Part shown: positions 20,780 through 30,901 of the stretch, piece after piece
Layout: every line of letters begins with the position of its first letter
How positions within the stretch are numbered: position 1 is the stretch's first letter
Position numbers and translations under genes: made by a program
Assembly: GCA_040377305.1 (NCBI GenBank)
Contig: JBEIPA010000004.1
Span: 186,615 to 250,614 of the forward strand
Direction: 5' to 3'
Origin: Flavobacteriales bacterium
GTDB lineage: Bacteria > Bacteroidota > Bacteroidia > Palsa-965
Length of the DNA stretch: 64,000 nt
Notes under the pieces: model-generated
Databases searched by the model: none
Told to the model about the DNA's origin: nothing
Seen by the model: the letters and a program-made list of their open reading frames with translations, nothing else

Positions 20780-21013
20780 ATGACCCGCAACGAGTTTATA
20801 CAAGTGAATGATCGTCCTTGCCGCTTCAAGTTGAAGTCGGGTAAAGAGTTCTTCGGCGTGCTTTGGCAAAATACTTCGGAAGGAGATTCTTCCTACTACT
20901 TCTCCAGCATGGGTGAACGCTTCGATCCGCGCAACACAGGTAACGTAGGTGTGCGTGTCGATCTGGACGAAATCGTAGGAGCGGAGCTCATCAACAGTTC
21001 ACTCGTAGGTTAG
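20780..21013 (+). CDS. Small hypothetical protein, possible Sm/LSm-like fold
   Basis: 77 aa; FKLKSGKEFFGVL and VRVDLDEIVGAEL resemble Sm1/Sm2 strand patterns. Confidence 0.7.
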   Translation: MTRNEFIQVNDRPCRFKLKSGKEFFGVLWQNTSEGDSSYYFSSMGERFDPRNTGNVGVRVDLDEIVGAELINSSLVG

Positions 21014-21108
21014 TCCCCCCGCTTTTCACAATATTGGTTTCATAATTTCCGCCGCGGTTCCGCGCTGCTACATCTCTGCGGTTGTATCTTGACGGATATT
21101 TTCCGCCC

Positions 21109-21657
21109 ATGAACTTTTTCGTTACCTGTCCTTGGTGTAAATCTCAATTCAGGAATTCCTACGTCTCTAATTGCGCAAACTGCGGAGGTTCTTTACCAAT
21201 CGCAGAAGGAGGAGGTCCAGGTGATCCTCCGCCACCGGCGCCACGAGAACTTACTAAGTCGTACATCAAAGCCGTGAAGTACACGAGCAATGTGTACACA
21301 ATCATCGGAATTATTTTCACTATTCCGTTTTTCTGGAGCGTGATCTTCCCGATTATCGGAATCATACTCTGGAGAAAAGGATTGCGCGACGCAAAGGCCG
21401 AATTGCAGCCTTTGCAATTTGGAGCCCACACGAAAGGCGAAATCACCAACATCACCACCGATTTCACAAAGCAGATCAACGGACGTAGGCCGAAAATTCT
21501 TGAGTTCGCTTTCATGGCGAATGGTCAGCGCTGGATTGGCACCGTTCCGAATATTATGGATCCGATTGAACACTGGAAACGTCCAGGCGATCAGATCTGG
21601 GTTGTATACCTGCAGGATAATCCACAACTCAGCAGCGCGTGGCCTCCAATGAAATAA
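21109..21657 (+). CDS. Hypothetical membrane protein with N-terminal zinc ribbon and DUF3592-like C-terminus
   Basis: CPWC...CANCG, Pro-rich linker, TM segment; start moved from TTG 21082 to ATG 21109. Confidence 0.7.
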   Translation: MNFFVTCPWCKSQFRNSYVSNCANCGGSLPIAEGGGPGDPPPPAPRELTKSYIKAVKYTSNVYTIIGIIFTIPFFWSVIFPIIGIILWRKGLRDAKAELQPLQFGAHTKGEITNITTDFTKQINGRRPKILEFAFMANGQRWIGTVPNIMDPIEHWKRPGDQIWVVYLQDNPQLSSAWPPMK

Positions 21658-21664
21658 TAAGCGA

Positions 21665-23215
21665 ATGATCGAAGCGTTCTCCGGATTACAATGGTCTTGG
21701 CTGCTCAGCGGATTTCTATTCGTTGTTGCAGCAATCATTTTATTTCAGAGAGGAAAAACAACTTTAGCGCTCATCGTTCTAACGGTCGCAGCTTTTGTGT
21801 TGCGGTTGCTGATGACCAATACAGATCCGTTTCTGTACGACTGGGACGAACAGTATCACGCGCTCGTTGCGCAGCACCTTGCATCACATCCAGGCACACC
21901 TACATTGTATGACGATCCGCAATTGCCGGTCGACATTACGCGCTGGGCGCACAATCACATCTGGCTGCACAAACCGCCACTGTTTCTTTGGTTGATCGCG
22001 ATGTCGGTGAAGATATTCGGGGCAACGCCATTCGCCGTGAAGTTGCCATCTGCAATTCTATCTGCGCTGATGGTTCCTGCTTTGTATTCAATTGTGAAGC
22101 GAACCGTTACAGAGCGTGCAGGATTTATTGCTGCGATTTTACTTGCGGTTCACTCCTACTCTGTTCAGCTCATCAGCGGATTCAGAAACACAGATCACAA
22201 CGATGTGATTTTTGCTGCATTCGTTTTGTTCTCTTTCTGGGCCTGGATTCGCTACACGGATTCCGCAAGTAAACGAAACGCAATGCTTGTCGGATTACTC
22301 GTTGGTGGTGCAGTGCTGGTGAAATGGCTTCCGGGAATTCTCGTGTTCGGTCCCTGGGGATTGTGGCTCTTTCAGAAAACACATCGGAAAGACAGGACGA
22401 AATGGATTCATCTCTCCATAGCGGCGCTTTCGGCTGCTGCAGTTGTTTTGCCATGGTACTTTTATATCTATAAAAACTTTCCTGCAGAAGCCGCTTATGA
22501 ATCGCAATACAATTGGCTGCACATGACAATCGCAATGGAGGGTCACGAAGGTCCGTGGTATTATCACTTCGATCAGTTCCGCGAGTTACTCGGCTGGACG
22601 TTCGCTATTCTTGCTGTGCCCGGAATATTATTGTTCGCAATTCAGGACACGAAACAAAAGCGCGCACTGTACATCACAGCAGGAGTTTTGTTTTTCTTCT
22701 TCTTCTATACGATCGCAAAAACGAAAATGCCGCTCTTTATGTTGCCGGTAATTCCCTTTTTGCTGGCAGGAATTGCAGTTGTACTGGATAAGCTTGGAGA
22801 TGCGATCCTCAGGAAGAAAATTCTGGCAGGAGTTGTTGTGTCTTTCGTTGCCCTGTTCGCGCTTGATGTTCCGTCTATAGTTACCAATCACAGCTCACTA
22901 TCTGAACTGGCATGGTATCGCGATGAAATGCAGGGAACGCGGAACAAAGCGGAATTCTATCTCAGGCAAAAGCAAGAAGCCGGAGAAACAAGACGCGGCG
23001 TTATCTTCAATTTTCCCGAAAACGAACGCGCTGCATTTATGTTTTATACGGGTGATATCGCGTACACGGAGACACCATCGGTTGATTCACTGCACATGAT
23101 CGAAGGAAAAGGATTTGTTGTGAGCGCCTATGAAAATCAGCTCTTACCGGCAGCTTACAAAAGCGACTCTACACTTCGCCTGTACTTTGGACATTTAACT
23201 CCGCCAGCTCAATAA
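21665..23215 (+). CDS. ArnT/PMT-family (GT-C) membrane glycosyltransferase
   Basis: DEQYHA and HKPPLFLW motifs; many TM helices. Confidence 0.88.
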   Translation: MIEAFSGLQWSWLLSGFLFVVAAIILFQRGKTTLALIVLTVAAFVLRLLMTNTDPFLYDWDEQYHALVAQHLASHPGTPTLYDDPQLPVDITRWAHNHIWLHKPPLFLWLIAMSVKIFGATPFAVKLPSAILSALMVPALYSIVKRTVTERAGFIAAILLAVHSYSVQLISGFRNTDHNDVIFAAFVLFSFWAWIRYTDSASKRNAMLVGLLVGGAVLVKWLPGILVFGPWGLWLFQKTHRKDRTKWIHLSIAALSAAAVVLPWYFYIYKNFPAEAAYESQYNWLHMTIAMEGHEGPWYYHFDQFRELLGWTFAILAVPGILLFAIQDTKQKRALYITAGVLFFFFFYTIAKTKMPLFMLPVIPFLLAGIAVVLDKLGDAILRKKILAGVVVSFVALFALDVPSIVTNHSSLSELAWYRDEMQGTRNKAEFYLRQKQEAGETRRGVIFNFPENERAAFMFYTGDIAYTETPSVDSLHMIEGKGFVVSAYENQLLPAAYKSDSTLRLYFGHLTPPAQ

Positions 23216-23975
23216 AGTCGAACTGGTGAACATCAAACAAGTGCGAAGTATGGACGTTTGATAACGCGGTGAGCATCGTTTCTTTGCGGTTCGGATATTT
23301 CTCTTCCCACTCCTGCATCATTTTCTTCATCACTTTGCGCTGCATATTTTCCTGTGAGCCGCACAAGTTGCACGGTATTATCGGGAACTGCTTTTCTTCG
23401 GCATAAGCTGCAATATCTTCTTCTTTGCAGAATGCGAGCGGACGAATTACAATGTTGCGTTCATCATCGGTCTTGAATTTTGCGGGCATCGCTTCAAGTT
23501 TTCCTGCGAAGAATAGATTCAGGAAGAATGTTTCAAGAACATCTTCCCGATGATGTCCCAAAGCAATTTTCGTAACACCCATTTCTACAGCCGCATCATA
23601 TAGAATCCCGCGACGCAAGCGAGAGCATATCGTGCACATCGTTTTTCCTACAGGCGTTTTCTCGGTCACGATAGAATAGGTGTCGCGCTCCAGAATTCGG
23701 AACGGAACATTCTTCGACGTTAAGTATTCCGGTAAAATATGTTCCGGAAAATCCGGCTGTTTCTGATCAAGATTCACTGCAATAAGCTCAAAGGAATTAT
23801 CCATCGCACGTTGCATGTGCAATAGCATATCGAGCATCGTGTAACTGTCTTTTCCTCCGCTCAAACAAGCCATGACTTTATCGCCCGGCACAATAAGCTG
23901 GAATTTCTCCTGCACTTCCCACACGGCTTTTCGCAAACGCTTTTGCAGTAGTTCCGACTCTGAATGTATTGGCAT
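23169..23975 (-). CDS. ttcA: tRNA 2-thiocytidine(32) synthetase
   Basis: SGGKDS PP-loop, [16 protein letters not shown] and PCNLCGSQ motifs; start moved to 23975 next to a TATCTTTG element. Confidence 0.95.
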   Translation of the reverse strand: MPIHSESELLQKRLRKAVWEVQEKFQLIVPGDKVMACLSGGKDSYTMLDMLLHMQRAMDNSFELIAVNLDQKQPDFPEHILPEYLTSKNVPFRILERDTYSIVTEKTPVGKTMCTICSRLRRGILYDAAVEMGVTKIALGHHREDVLETFFLNLFFAGKLEAMPAKFKTDDERNIVIRPLAFCKEEDIAAYAEEKQFPIIPCNLCGSQENMQRKVMKKMMQEWEEKYPNRKETMLTALSNVHTSHLFDVHQFDFIELAELNVQSTGEV

Positions 23976-24090
23976 GCCGCAAAGATAATGGGTTGCAGCC
24001 GCAATCGATCGCCCGAACGCAGCAAAGGGTCGAATCTTCAAAACCGCATTCTGACTCCCCCGTTAAATTTGTTACATAAAATCTGGTACT

Positions 24091-24813
24091 ATGAAGCCCT
24101 TCAAAATTGTCGTCATAATTGTTTTTACTGCGCTCGCTATTGGCGGGTGCCGCAAAGACAATATCGAAAACGGGCCATTTGCCATTGAATCGAAAGACTA
24201 TCTCTCTTCAAAGAAGTATGAGAAAATGCTTGTTGAGATTTGTTACGTCGACGGATATGCTCCTGAACAAGCGTCGATCGATCATCTCAAATCGTTTCTT
24301 CAGGCACGCTGTAATAAGCCGGGCGGAATCACCTTTAATTACACGAGCATTGGATCTCCAGGAAGGAGCACATTCAACATAAGTGACCTTGATGAAATTG
24401 AGAAAGATCATCGCAAAGAGCATTCGAGAAAAGATCAGCTTGTTGTATTTGTATTCTTTGCAGATGCAGGATACAGTTCAGCGAACATCCTGGGAGTTGC
24501 TTACGGAACTACATCATGCGCGATATTTGAAAAACCCGTAAAAGATAATTCGGGCGGCATTGGTCAACCAACTCAATTTGTGCTCGAGGCTACTGTTCTC
24601 GAACATGAATTCGGTCACTTGTTAGGCTTGGTTGACAACGGAACAGACATGGTTACGGCGCATTCAGCGAACGATCGCCATTGTAACAACGAAGACTGTT
24701 TAATGTATTACGCAGTTGAAACAATGGACTTCCTTGGCAACCTTGCCGGGGGCGATATCCCGGAACTCGACGCGAATTGCATTAAAGACCTGCAGGCGAA
24801 CGGAGGAAAATAA
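24091..24813 (+). CDS. Zinc-metalloprotease-like lipoprotein
   Basis: Lipobox IGGC; HEFGHLLGL...HC...CLMY metzincin-like motif. Confidence 0.85.
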   Translation: MKPFKIVVIIVFTALAIGGCRKDNIENGPFAIESKDYLSSKKYEKMLVEICYVDGYAPEQASIDHLKSFLQARCNKPGGITFNYTSIGSPGRSTFNISDLDEIEKDHRKEHSRKDQLVVFVFFADAGYSSANILGVAYGTTSCAIFEKPVKDNSGGIGQPTQFVLEATVLEHEFGHLLGLVDNGTDMVTAHSANDRHCNNEDCLMYYAVETMDFLGNLAGGDIPELDANCIKDLQANGGK

Positions 24814-24838
24814 TTTCTCCACACGTCTTCTATATATG

Positions 24839-24873
24839 CCCCCGGACTTAAGAGGTTCGGGGGTTCCCTTTTT
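24839..24873. terminator. Hairpin between convergent genes
   Basis: CCCCCGGA/TTCGGGGG stem with downstream T run. Confidence 0.5.
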
Positions 24874-24881
24874 CAGGCAAT

Positions 24882-25820
24882 TTATTTTCGTACTGGATTA
24901 TAGTTTACCGGCTCGCCGCGACCCTTGACGGGGATTAATTCTTTTACACCTTTTCCTCTCAACAGCATGTACTGTATTCCGTCCTTCGTGGTCATGTAAA
25001 CGGTGTCACTTCCCATTCCTTCCCAGGTGAATCCTTTGCAGGTGTAATAAGGTGCGTTCAGCATAAGATCATCGTCCAGTTTGTATGTGTACGGTGGGAA
25101 AGGTTTGTATCCCGTGGTTACGCCCATGCTCCTTGACTTGTCCTTATTGTATCCTTCATCTTGAACTCCACTATGCACAAGCGGTTTTTTCCACTTAGAG
25201 CGATTTGCAGAATCCTCAACGATCACATGCTTAGATCCACCCACGTGCGGGGTTTCATCACCAAGTAAGTACGTATTGTCATGAACAAACCTTACAGCAA
25301 CTGTTTCCCGCACAGCAACTCTGCCTTCGCCCCCACTCTTGAAAATTGAATCCAGATTCGGATCAAGCATTTGTTCGTTGCAGCTGTCGATACTGTTCTC
25401 AAGTCCGCTGCTGTCGGCACTTAGTATTGCCTCTTGCTGAAAACCATCGCCATTTTCATCGTGACCTTCGGTGCTGGTGTGTTGAGTTGTGTACACGTAG
25501 ATTGCGATCGCTACCGCAATTGCAACAATTAAACTCGTTAGGGCCCACCAATATTTTTTAAAGAACGACTTCTTGTTCACTGCCGGCTCATACCTCTCTA
25601 CTTCATCAAATGCAACTCCGGCAATCGCACCGGCAATAGTTGACTTCATTACGCTGCGTCCTTGTTGTTTCATTCCGCCAAGCATTGTGTTCAGCCATTG
25701 AAATTCAGCGCGCAATTCTTCATTCGCGTTCATTCGCGATGTAAATGCACTTTTCTCTTCGGTGTTCATCTGCGAATGAAAATACCGGTCGAGATCGCTG
25801 TATGTTGATTCGTCAATCAT
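24882..25820 (-). CDS. Putative membrane-anchored anti-sigma factor
   Basis: Overlaps the ECF sigma stop; N-terminal LDRYF..M..EEK..F..RM..NEELR helical pattern, one TM helix, extracytoplasmic domain. Confidence 0.7.
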   Translation of the reverse strand: MIDESTYSDLDRYFHSQMNTEEKSAFTSRMNANEELRAEFQWLNTMLGGMKQQGRSVMKSTIAGAIAGVAFDEVERYEPAVNKKSFFKKYWWALTSLIVAIAVAIAIYVYTTQHTSTEGHDENGDGFQQEAILSADSSGLENSIDSCNEQMLDPNLDSIFKSGGEGRVAVRETVAVRFVHDNTYLLGDETPHVGGSKHVIVEDSANRSKWKKPLVHSGVQDEGYNKDKSRSMGVTTGYKPFPPYTYKLDDDLMLNAPYYTCKGFTWEGMGSDTVYMTTKDGIQYMLLRGKGVKELIPVKGRGEPVNYNPVRK

Positions 25821-26364
25821 GCGCCGTGTTTGTTGCGTACAACGCTTTTAATTTCTGAATGCATTTATACTTCTGCGCTTTCGCGTTGTCTGCGTTGGTG
25901 TAGTTCAGTTCAGTTGCTATTTCTTCCATCGATTTTTTGAAGTAATAGAACAACAGGAGAATCTTCCTGCAACCAACACCTAGCCTGCTCATGCTTGTCC
26001 GCAGCACTTCATGCTCCACTGAATTTTCTTCTTTCACTTCCTCAACGAGATCGAACTTCTCAAAATCAGTGAAGCGATAGTTTTTCTTTTTCTTCTCGAG
26101 CTGCTTCAGCCATTTGTTTCTGCAAACAGCATAAATCCACGTCTTGAGTGAAGAAGTCAATTCAAAATTCCCCTCGTTCGATTTCTCATACAACAACACC
26201 ATGGCTTCCTGAAAAATATCTTTCGCTTCGTCTTCCGTACCGCTGTTGTTGACAATCATGTAGCGCACCATGCCGAAATATTCGACATAGACTTCACGAA
26301 AAGCTTTTGAATCGCCATTGCGTATGCGTTCCAGGATATCCGTTTTCACGGCAGAATGGTCCAT
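25813..26364 (-). CDS. ECF RNA polymerase sigma-70 factor
   Basis: EAKDIFQEA and LKTWIYAVCRNKW (region 2); SMEEIATELNY (region 4). Confidence 0.93.
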   Translation of the reverse strand: MDHSAVKTDILERIRNGDSKAFREVYVEYFGMVRYMIVNNSGTEDEAKDIFQEAMVLLYEKSNEGNFELTSSLKTWIYAVCRNKWLKQLEKKKKNYRFTDFEKFDLVEEVKEENSVEHEVLRTSMSRLGVGCRKILLLFYYFKKSMEEIATELNYTNADNAKAQKYKCIQKLKALYATNTAHD

Positions 26365-26464
26365 TTGATAGTTTATTCCTCGCGAATTCTAAAGGTAACC
26401 GGAATCCCGAAGAATATTTTTGACCGCGTATGGTTACTTTTTGGCTACCAAAGCATTAAAAGAC

Positions 26465-26562
26465 AAAGCCAATCAATGGGAAAGTGTTGTGCGTATAGGA
26501 GCTACTTTTTCTGAGCGAGATTGATTGGCAGCTCCTCGTTGGCAACATCGGGGAGTTTTTTT
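26465..26562 (+). ncRNA. Candidate small structured RNA (or 12-codon sORF transcript) divergent from the ECF sigma gene
   Basis: 10-bp stem GCCAATCAAT/ATTGATTGGC, then GCAA-loop terminator hairpin and T7 tract. Confidence 0.35.
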
Positions 26563-26701
26563 GTCATGCCCGGCGACGAGCACGTTTTTCGAGAGCCTCT
26601 ATAAAAGCAAAAAGCAGTACTGCCAACCCTGATGCGCTGTAAGCGATCAGGATCCCGACTTAAACGTCGGGATTGCAATACTGCGTCCTGCCTGCTGTTT
26701 C

Positions 26702-26718
26702 GAGGTCCCGAGCGGATT
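26702..26718 (-). repeat. 17-bp duplicate of the tRNA-Cys 3' end
   Basis: GAGGTCCCGAGCGGATT identical to 26877-26893. Confidence 0.9.
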
Positions 26719-26834
26719 ACTTGCGTGATCCGCATTGGGAAGCCTAAAGTCAAAATTCAAATGCTCCGCTTCGCTACTTTTCATTTCACGTCTGGCTGCT
26801 CTGAAGCAAGCTTCTCGCACCCTTCCATAAAATG

Positions 26835-26861
26835 AAAAACCTCACGCGAAAAGCGTGAGGT
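26835..26861 (-). terminator. Intrinsic terminator of tRNA-Cys
   Basis: ACCTCACGC/GCGTGAGGT stem plus U-tract on the minus strand. Confidence 0.8.
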
Positions 26862-26877
26862 GCATTTGAATTTATTG

Positions 26878-26948
26878 AGGTCCCGAGCGGATTCGAACCG
26901 CTGTAGCAGCTTTTGCAGAGCTGAGCCTAGCCACTCGGCCACAGGACC
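26878..26948 (-). tRNA. tRNA-Cys (GCA)
   Basis: Acceptor stem GGTCCTG/CGGGACC, anticodon loop CTGCAAA, GGTTCGAATCC T-arm, U discriminator; CCA not encoded. Confidence 0.97.
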
Positions 26949-27043
26949 TTTTATTTTCTCAAACTATTACAGCCTTTGTGGAGCAGCATTATTTTGAGAG
27001 GGACACAAAAGTAATAAAAACGGGCAAACGACGGCACAATTGA

Positions 27044-28351
27044 TTAACGCACAACCGAGAATTGGCTTTTAACCCGTTGACCAGCAATCTCTGTTTCTGC
27101 GTAATAGATTCCTTCCGCAAAGCCGCCAGTTTCGATACGAACCTCGGTTGTGGTAGGAATGAATGGGTACGTGCCTTTGAGTCGCCCAAGCGCGTCGTAA
27201 ATGTGAATCTCGCCACTGTTACGCGATGGTTCCGAAAAACGGAAGGTACACCAATCTGTAGTCGGATTAGGTGCCACAGTTATTGTAACGGGATTAATTC
27301 CATACATCGCAATACCAGTGAGCACATTATCGCAGCTATCGACAGCCCAGATATTGGTATTGGTTGCCGACACACAGTTGTTGCACATAATGCGCTTGAT
27401 AAAGCAACTCGAACGTTTTATAATGCTCTGCTTCGGGTATGAACAGTGATTAACACTATTCACTACGGTATTCAGTTCTGTGCATACGCCCATGTTTGTT
27501 AGGCGAGTGTTCACCAGCTGTGATCCGTCTGCATAATAGAAGGGCTGACAAAGGCAACTAATTACCTGGCCGCTCGCGTAGGGCACAACACAGTCGAGCT
27601 GATCATGAAAACTGATCACGGGAATTGTTCCGTTGTTCATCAATGCACTATCATTTGCAATAGCACCGCAATTGTCAATGAGTCCGCGCACAACCCAGGT
27701 ATTCGGAAGAGAATTTCCAGCTGTATCAAGTGTGCCCACTGCGGCAACAGCCCATGAGCAAAATGAATTTGCTTCTGCCTGATTCCAGAATGTAGCGTGG
27801 TACGCTGTAATTGCACCTGCGCTTTCTCCGCCAATGAATAACTTGTTCGCATCCGCATTCCAAGTTGCGCAATTCGCATTGATGTAACGTAAAGCCGCGC
27901 GACCATCTTGTGCAGCTGCGTACGTCGCCGTTTTCAGATCGAGATTATTTCCCTGACAAAACACGCAGACGCCCAGCAAATCGGTAGCTGCACAATTCCA
28001 TCCAAGGCGATATTGAATGGTAGCTGCAACAAATCCACGACGTGCATATTCCATGCACTCGTAAGCCATGTCGTTGCGATTGCCCCCGAGAAATGCGCCC
28101 CCGTGAATCAGCAGAATGAATGGCCGGTTCTGCATGGTGTCTGCAGTTGCAGATGGATAATAAACATCCATCATCAGACTTTGTGTTACGCCGGTGAAAT
28201 AGTTTTTCGAAACGGCGTAAACAATATTGGAGTCTTTACGGATTTCAGAACTGTCGAACATGGGTGTTTCTGAAAATCGGCCGGGATAACAGACCTGTGC
28301 GGAAAGTTTTAGCGCGAAAAGCAGCAGCAGTGGTAGTAGGAATTTTTTCAT
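27044..28351 (-). CDS. Secreted alpha/beta-hydrolase (carboxylesterase-like) with T9SS type A C-terminal domain
   Basis: IHGGAF oxyanion motif, GESAG nucleophile elbow, VAPNP...AEGIYY C-terminal domain. Confidence 0.9.
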   Translation of the reverse strand: MKKFLLPLLLLFALKLSAQVCYPGRFSETPMFDSSEIRKDSNIVYAVSKNYFTGVTQSLMMDVYYPSATADTMQNRPFILLIHGGAFLGGNRNDMAYECMEYARRGFVAATIQYRLGWNCAATDLLGVCVFCQGNNLDLKTATYAAAQDGRAALRYINANCATWNADANKLFIGGESAGAITAYHATFWNQAEANSFCSWAVAAVGTLDTAGNSLPNTWVVRGLIDNCGAIANDSALMNNGTIPVISFHDQLDCVVPYASGQVISCLCQPFYYADGSQLVNTRLTNMGVCTELNTVVNSVNHCSYPKQSIIKRSSCFIKRIMCNNCVSATNTNIWAVDSCDNVLTGIAMYGINPVTITVAPNPTTDWCTFRFSEPSRNSGEIHIYDALGRLKGTYPFIPTTTEVRIETGGFAEGIYYAETEIAGQRVKSQFSVVR

Positions 28352-28362
28352 TTATAGGGTTA

Positions 28363-28713
28363 TTATGCAATTATCTCAACACTTACATGATCAACAGCGC
28401 CATTCATCGGCGGATTGATCTTCGTCACCCGTACCAGAAACGAACCCACTTTCGGGTAGTGCATTCTCAGATTGGTTCCTATACGGCGCGCCACATGCTC
28501 AATCAATTTCGAACGAATTGCCATTTCTGCTTTCACTGAATCGTGAATGATGCAGTAGTCAACAGTATCTGTCAGTTCATCCGATTTTTCTGCCGAGGAG
28601 AAATCCGTTTCAACACGAACATCCACAATATATTCTCCGCCGATCTTTCCCTCTTCAGGCAAACATCCGTGGTATGCGTACACTCGAATTCCGTTTACGT
28701 TTATTATGCCCAT
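28363..28713 (-). CDS. folB: Dihydroneopterin aldolase
   Basis: YAYHGCLPEE, DELTDTVDY and LIEHVA motifs. Confidence 0.95.
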   Translation of the reverse strand: MGIINVNGIRVYAYHGCLPEEGKIGGEYIVDVRVETDFSSAEKSDELTDTVDYCIIHDSVKAEMAIRSKLIEHVARRIGTNLRMHYPKVGSFLVRVTKINPPMNGAVDHVSVEIIA

Positions 28714-28734
28714 CAGCTAATCAGAAATTAGAAA

Positions 28735-30771
28735 TCAGCTAATCGAATTTACCGCGCGATCAAGTCTCTGGACAACTACATCTTTTCCCAGAAGAGCAAC
28801 CATTTCAAACAACACCGGCCCACCTCCTGCTCCACTTACACAAACACGGAACAACTGCATTACACTGCCCGGATTTGTTCCGGTTGCTTCTGCAGTATTC
28901 TTAAAAACGCCCTCAAACAAAGCAGCAGCAACTACTCGATTACCTGAATCCGGGGAGTAAATCATTTCTTTTATTTGATCATCATTCGCATCGAAAGCTG
29001 CATAAGCATCACGTAGAGCTTCAATAAACAATTTGGATGAAGGATTCCAGCGCTTCTTGATCACAGTGTCATCGTAACTGATAGGAGCCTCAAAGAAGAA
29101 TCTTCCATCTCGAATTATTTCGCTAGTGAAGGTCACCTTTTCCTTCATTAAACGACAGACTTCTTGTAAGTAGTTGATGTGTAGATTGCCTCCCTGTCGA
29201 CTACAATGAGTGGAAAATGCTTCAAAGTTTAATGCAATATTTTCTCCGGGTTCGACGACTGTTTGAAAAGACGTCTGCGCGTGAAGCATAACATTCACAG
29301 GGAACTCAACAACAGGAATTTTGGAATTAATCGAATGAACAACAGGCAAGAACACCTCTTCGGACCAAGGAGATTTGAGCGTTAATTCATTCCCAAGTTG
29401 CTTGTGTGATGAGGAATGATAGTTTAAGGCAACCAAAATACTAGGCTCAGAACGCAGCGTATTTTTAAAAGTTTCGTAACTAATTTGTGCTGACCGCTCT
29501 ACAATAACGCCTTCCGGAATACTTTCATTAGCAAAGAGACGGACGGTTTTTTTCTCAGTGGTCGGGTTGGATATCCGAAGTTGCAAATCGTAGCGCGTTC
29601 CACTTAAGGGCGTATTTTTCAAAAAAGACTCCTGATAAACTTGTGGTAAAATCTCAAATGCCAGTTCGAGATCAGTCTTCATTCTCAAATATTGTTGATT
29701 AAACCACTTTGTCTTTTCCGCATCAAACTTCGCTCCCGACTTGCTCACGCGCTCCAGTGAAAACTCCTGTATCAATTCCTCTTTCGAGAAAATCTCCTGG
29801 TTCCCGCTGCTGTGCCAGCCGAGCAAGGCAAGCATGTTGATAAACGCTTCCGGGAAATATCCGCTCTCACGATAGCCGGTGAAAATTTCCGGCTGCCCGG
29901 TTTTTACATCTGGCAACGTGCCGCTCAGCGGAAACACGGGAAATCCTAATCGATCTCCGTCGCGCTTGCTTAGCTTTCCGTTTCCATCAGGACGTAACAA
30001 CAAGGGCAAGTGAGAGAACTGCGGCATTACATCTTCCCATCCGAGAAAACGATACAGCAATACGTGCAACGGCGCAGACGGCAACCACTCTTCACCGCGA
30101 ATGACGTGCGTGATTTTCATCGAGTAATCATCCACAATATTCGCCAGGTGATACGTTGGCATTCCGTCGCTCTTGAACAAAACCTTGTCATCAAGCTGTG
30201 ATGTGTGCACGACAACCCAGCCACGAATCAAGTCATTGAAACGAACTTCTTCGTTGCGGGGAATTTTTGTACGGACTACATACGGCTCTCCGGCAGCAAT
30301 TCTGCGGTTGACTTCATCTTCAGAAAGGGTCAATGAATTCTTCAGCTCCTGACGTGTCAGACCGTTGTACGCAAACGTCTTCTTCATTTTCTCGTAACGC
30401 TCACGCTGCTCATCAAGTTCTTCTTTCGTGTCGAACGCGTAGTAAGCATTTCCGGAATCAATGAGTTTCTTCGCATACTCCTCATAAACGCCTTGTTCCT
30501 TGCGCACACTTTGCTTGTACGGCGCACAGGGGCCATCACCGAATCCAACTCCTTCGTTGGGCTCAATGCCGCACCACTTCAATGCTTCAATGATGTATTC
30601 TTCTGCTCCCGGAACAAAGCGCTCCTGGTCAGTGTCTTCGATGCGAAGAATAAAATCTCCGCCATGTTTCTTTGCAAAAAGATAATTGTACAGCGCAGTC
30701 CGCACTCCGCCCATGTGAAGCGGACCTGTTGGACTTGGCGCAAATCGTACGCGAACTCTACGGTTTTCCAT
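28735..30771 (-). CDS. gltX: Glutamate--tRNA ligase with a ~150-aa insertion
   Basis: RFAPSPTGPLHMGG (HIGH), LRIEDTD, IRGEEW and KLSKR motifs; 678 aa. Confidence 0.96.
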   Translation of the reverse strand: MENRRVRVRFAPSPTGPLHMGGVRTALYNYLFAKKHGGDFILRIEDTDQERFVPGAEEYIIEALKWCGIEPNEGVGFGDGPCAPYKQSVRKEQGVYEEYAKKLIDSGNAYYAFDTKEELDEQRERYEKMKKTFAYNGLTRQELKNSLTLSEDEVNRRIAAGEPYVVRTKIPRNEEVRFNDLIRGWVVVHTSQLDDKVLFKSDGMPTYHLANIVDDYSMKITHVIRGEEWLPSAPLHVLLYRFLGWEDVMPQFSHLPLLLRPDGNGKLSKRDGDRLGFPVFPLSGTLPDVKTGQPEIFTGYRESGYFPEAFINMLALLGWHSSGNQEIFSKEELIQEFSLERVSKSGAKFDAEKTKWFNQQYLRMKTDLELAFEILPQVYQESFLKNTPLSGTRYDLQLRISNPTTEKKTVRLFANESIPEGVIVERSAQISYETFKNTLRSEPSILVALNYHSSSHKQLGNELTLKSPWSEEVFLPVVHSINSKIPVVEFPVNVMLHAQTSFQTVVEPGENIALNFEAFSTHCSRQGGNLHINYLQEVCRLMKEKVTFTSEIIRDGRFFFEAPISYDDTVIKKRWNPSSKLFIEALRDAYAAFDANDDQIKEMIYSPDSGNRVVAAALFEGVFKNTAEATGTNPGSVMQLFRVCVSGAGGGPVLFEMVALLGKDVVVQRLDRAVNSIS

Positions 30772-30901
30772 TGGACTGCAAAGATATGCGTTTCAATAGG
30801 CAGTTGGCAGTTGTGCGGCAAGCAGAATTATAAACCGAAATAATGTTGACTGCCTACTGCACTCCTGCAAGACTGCCTTCTGTATTGCTATCTTTGCGCG
30901 A

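Noticed and set aside
29182-29631. Intein or intron in gltX
   Set aside because: No intein-type terminal motifs, no homing endonuclease motif, and the frame is continuous
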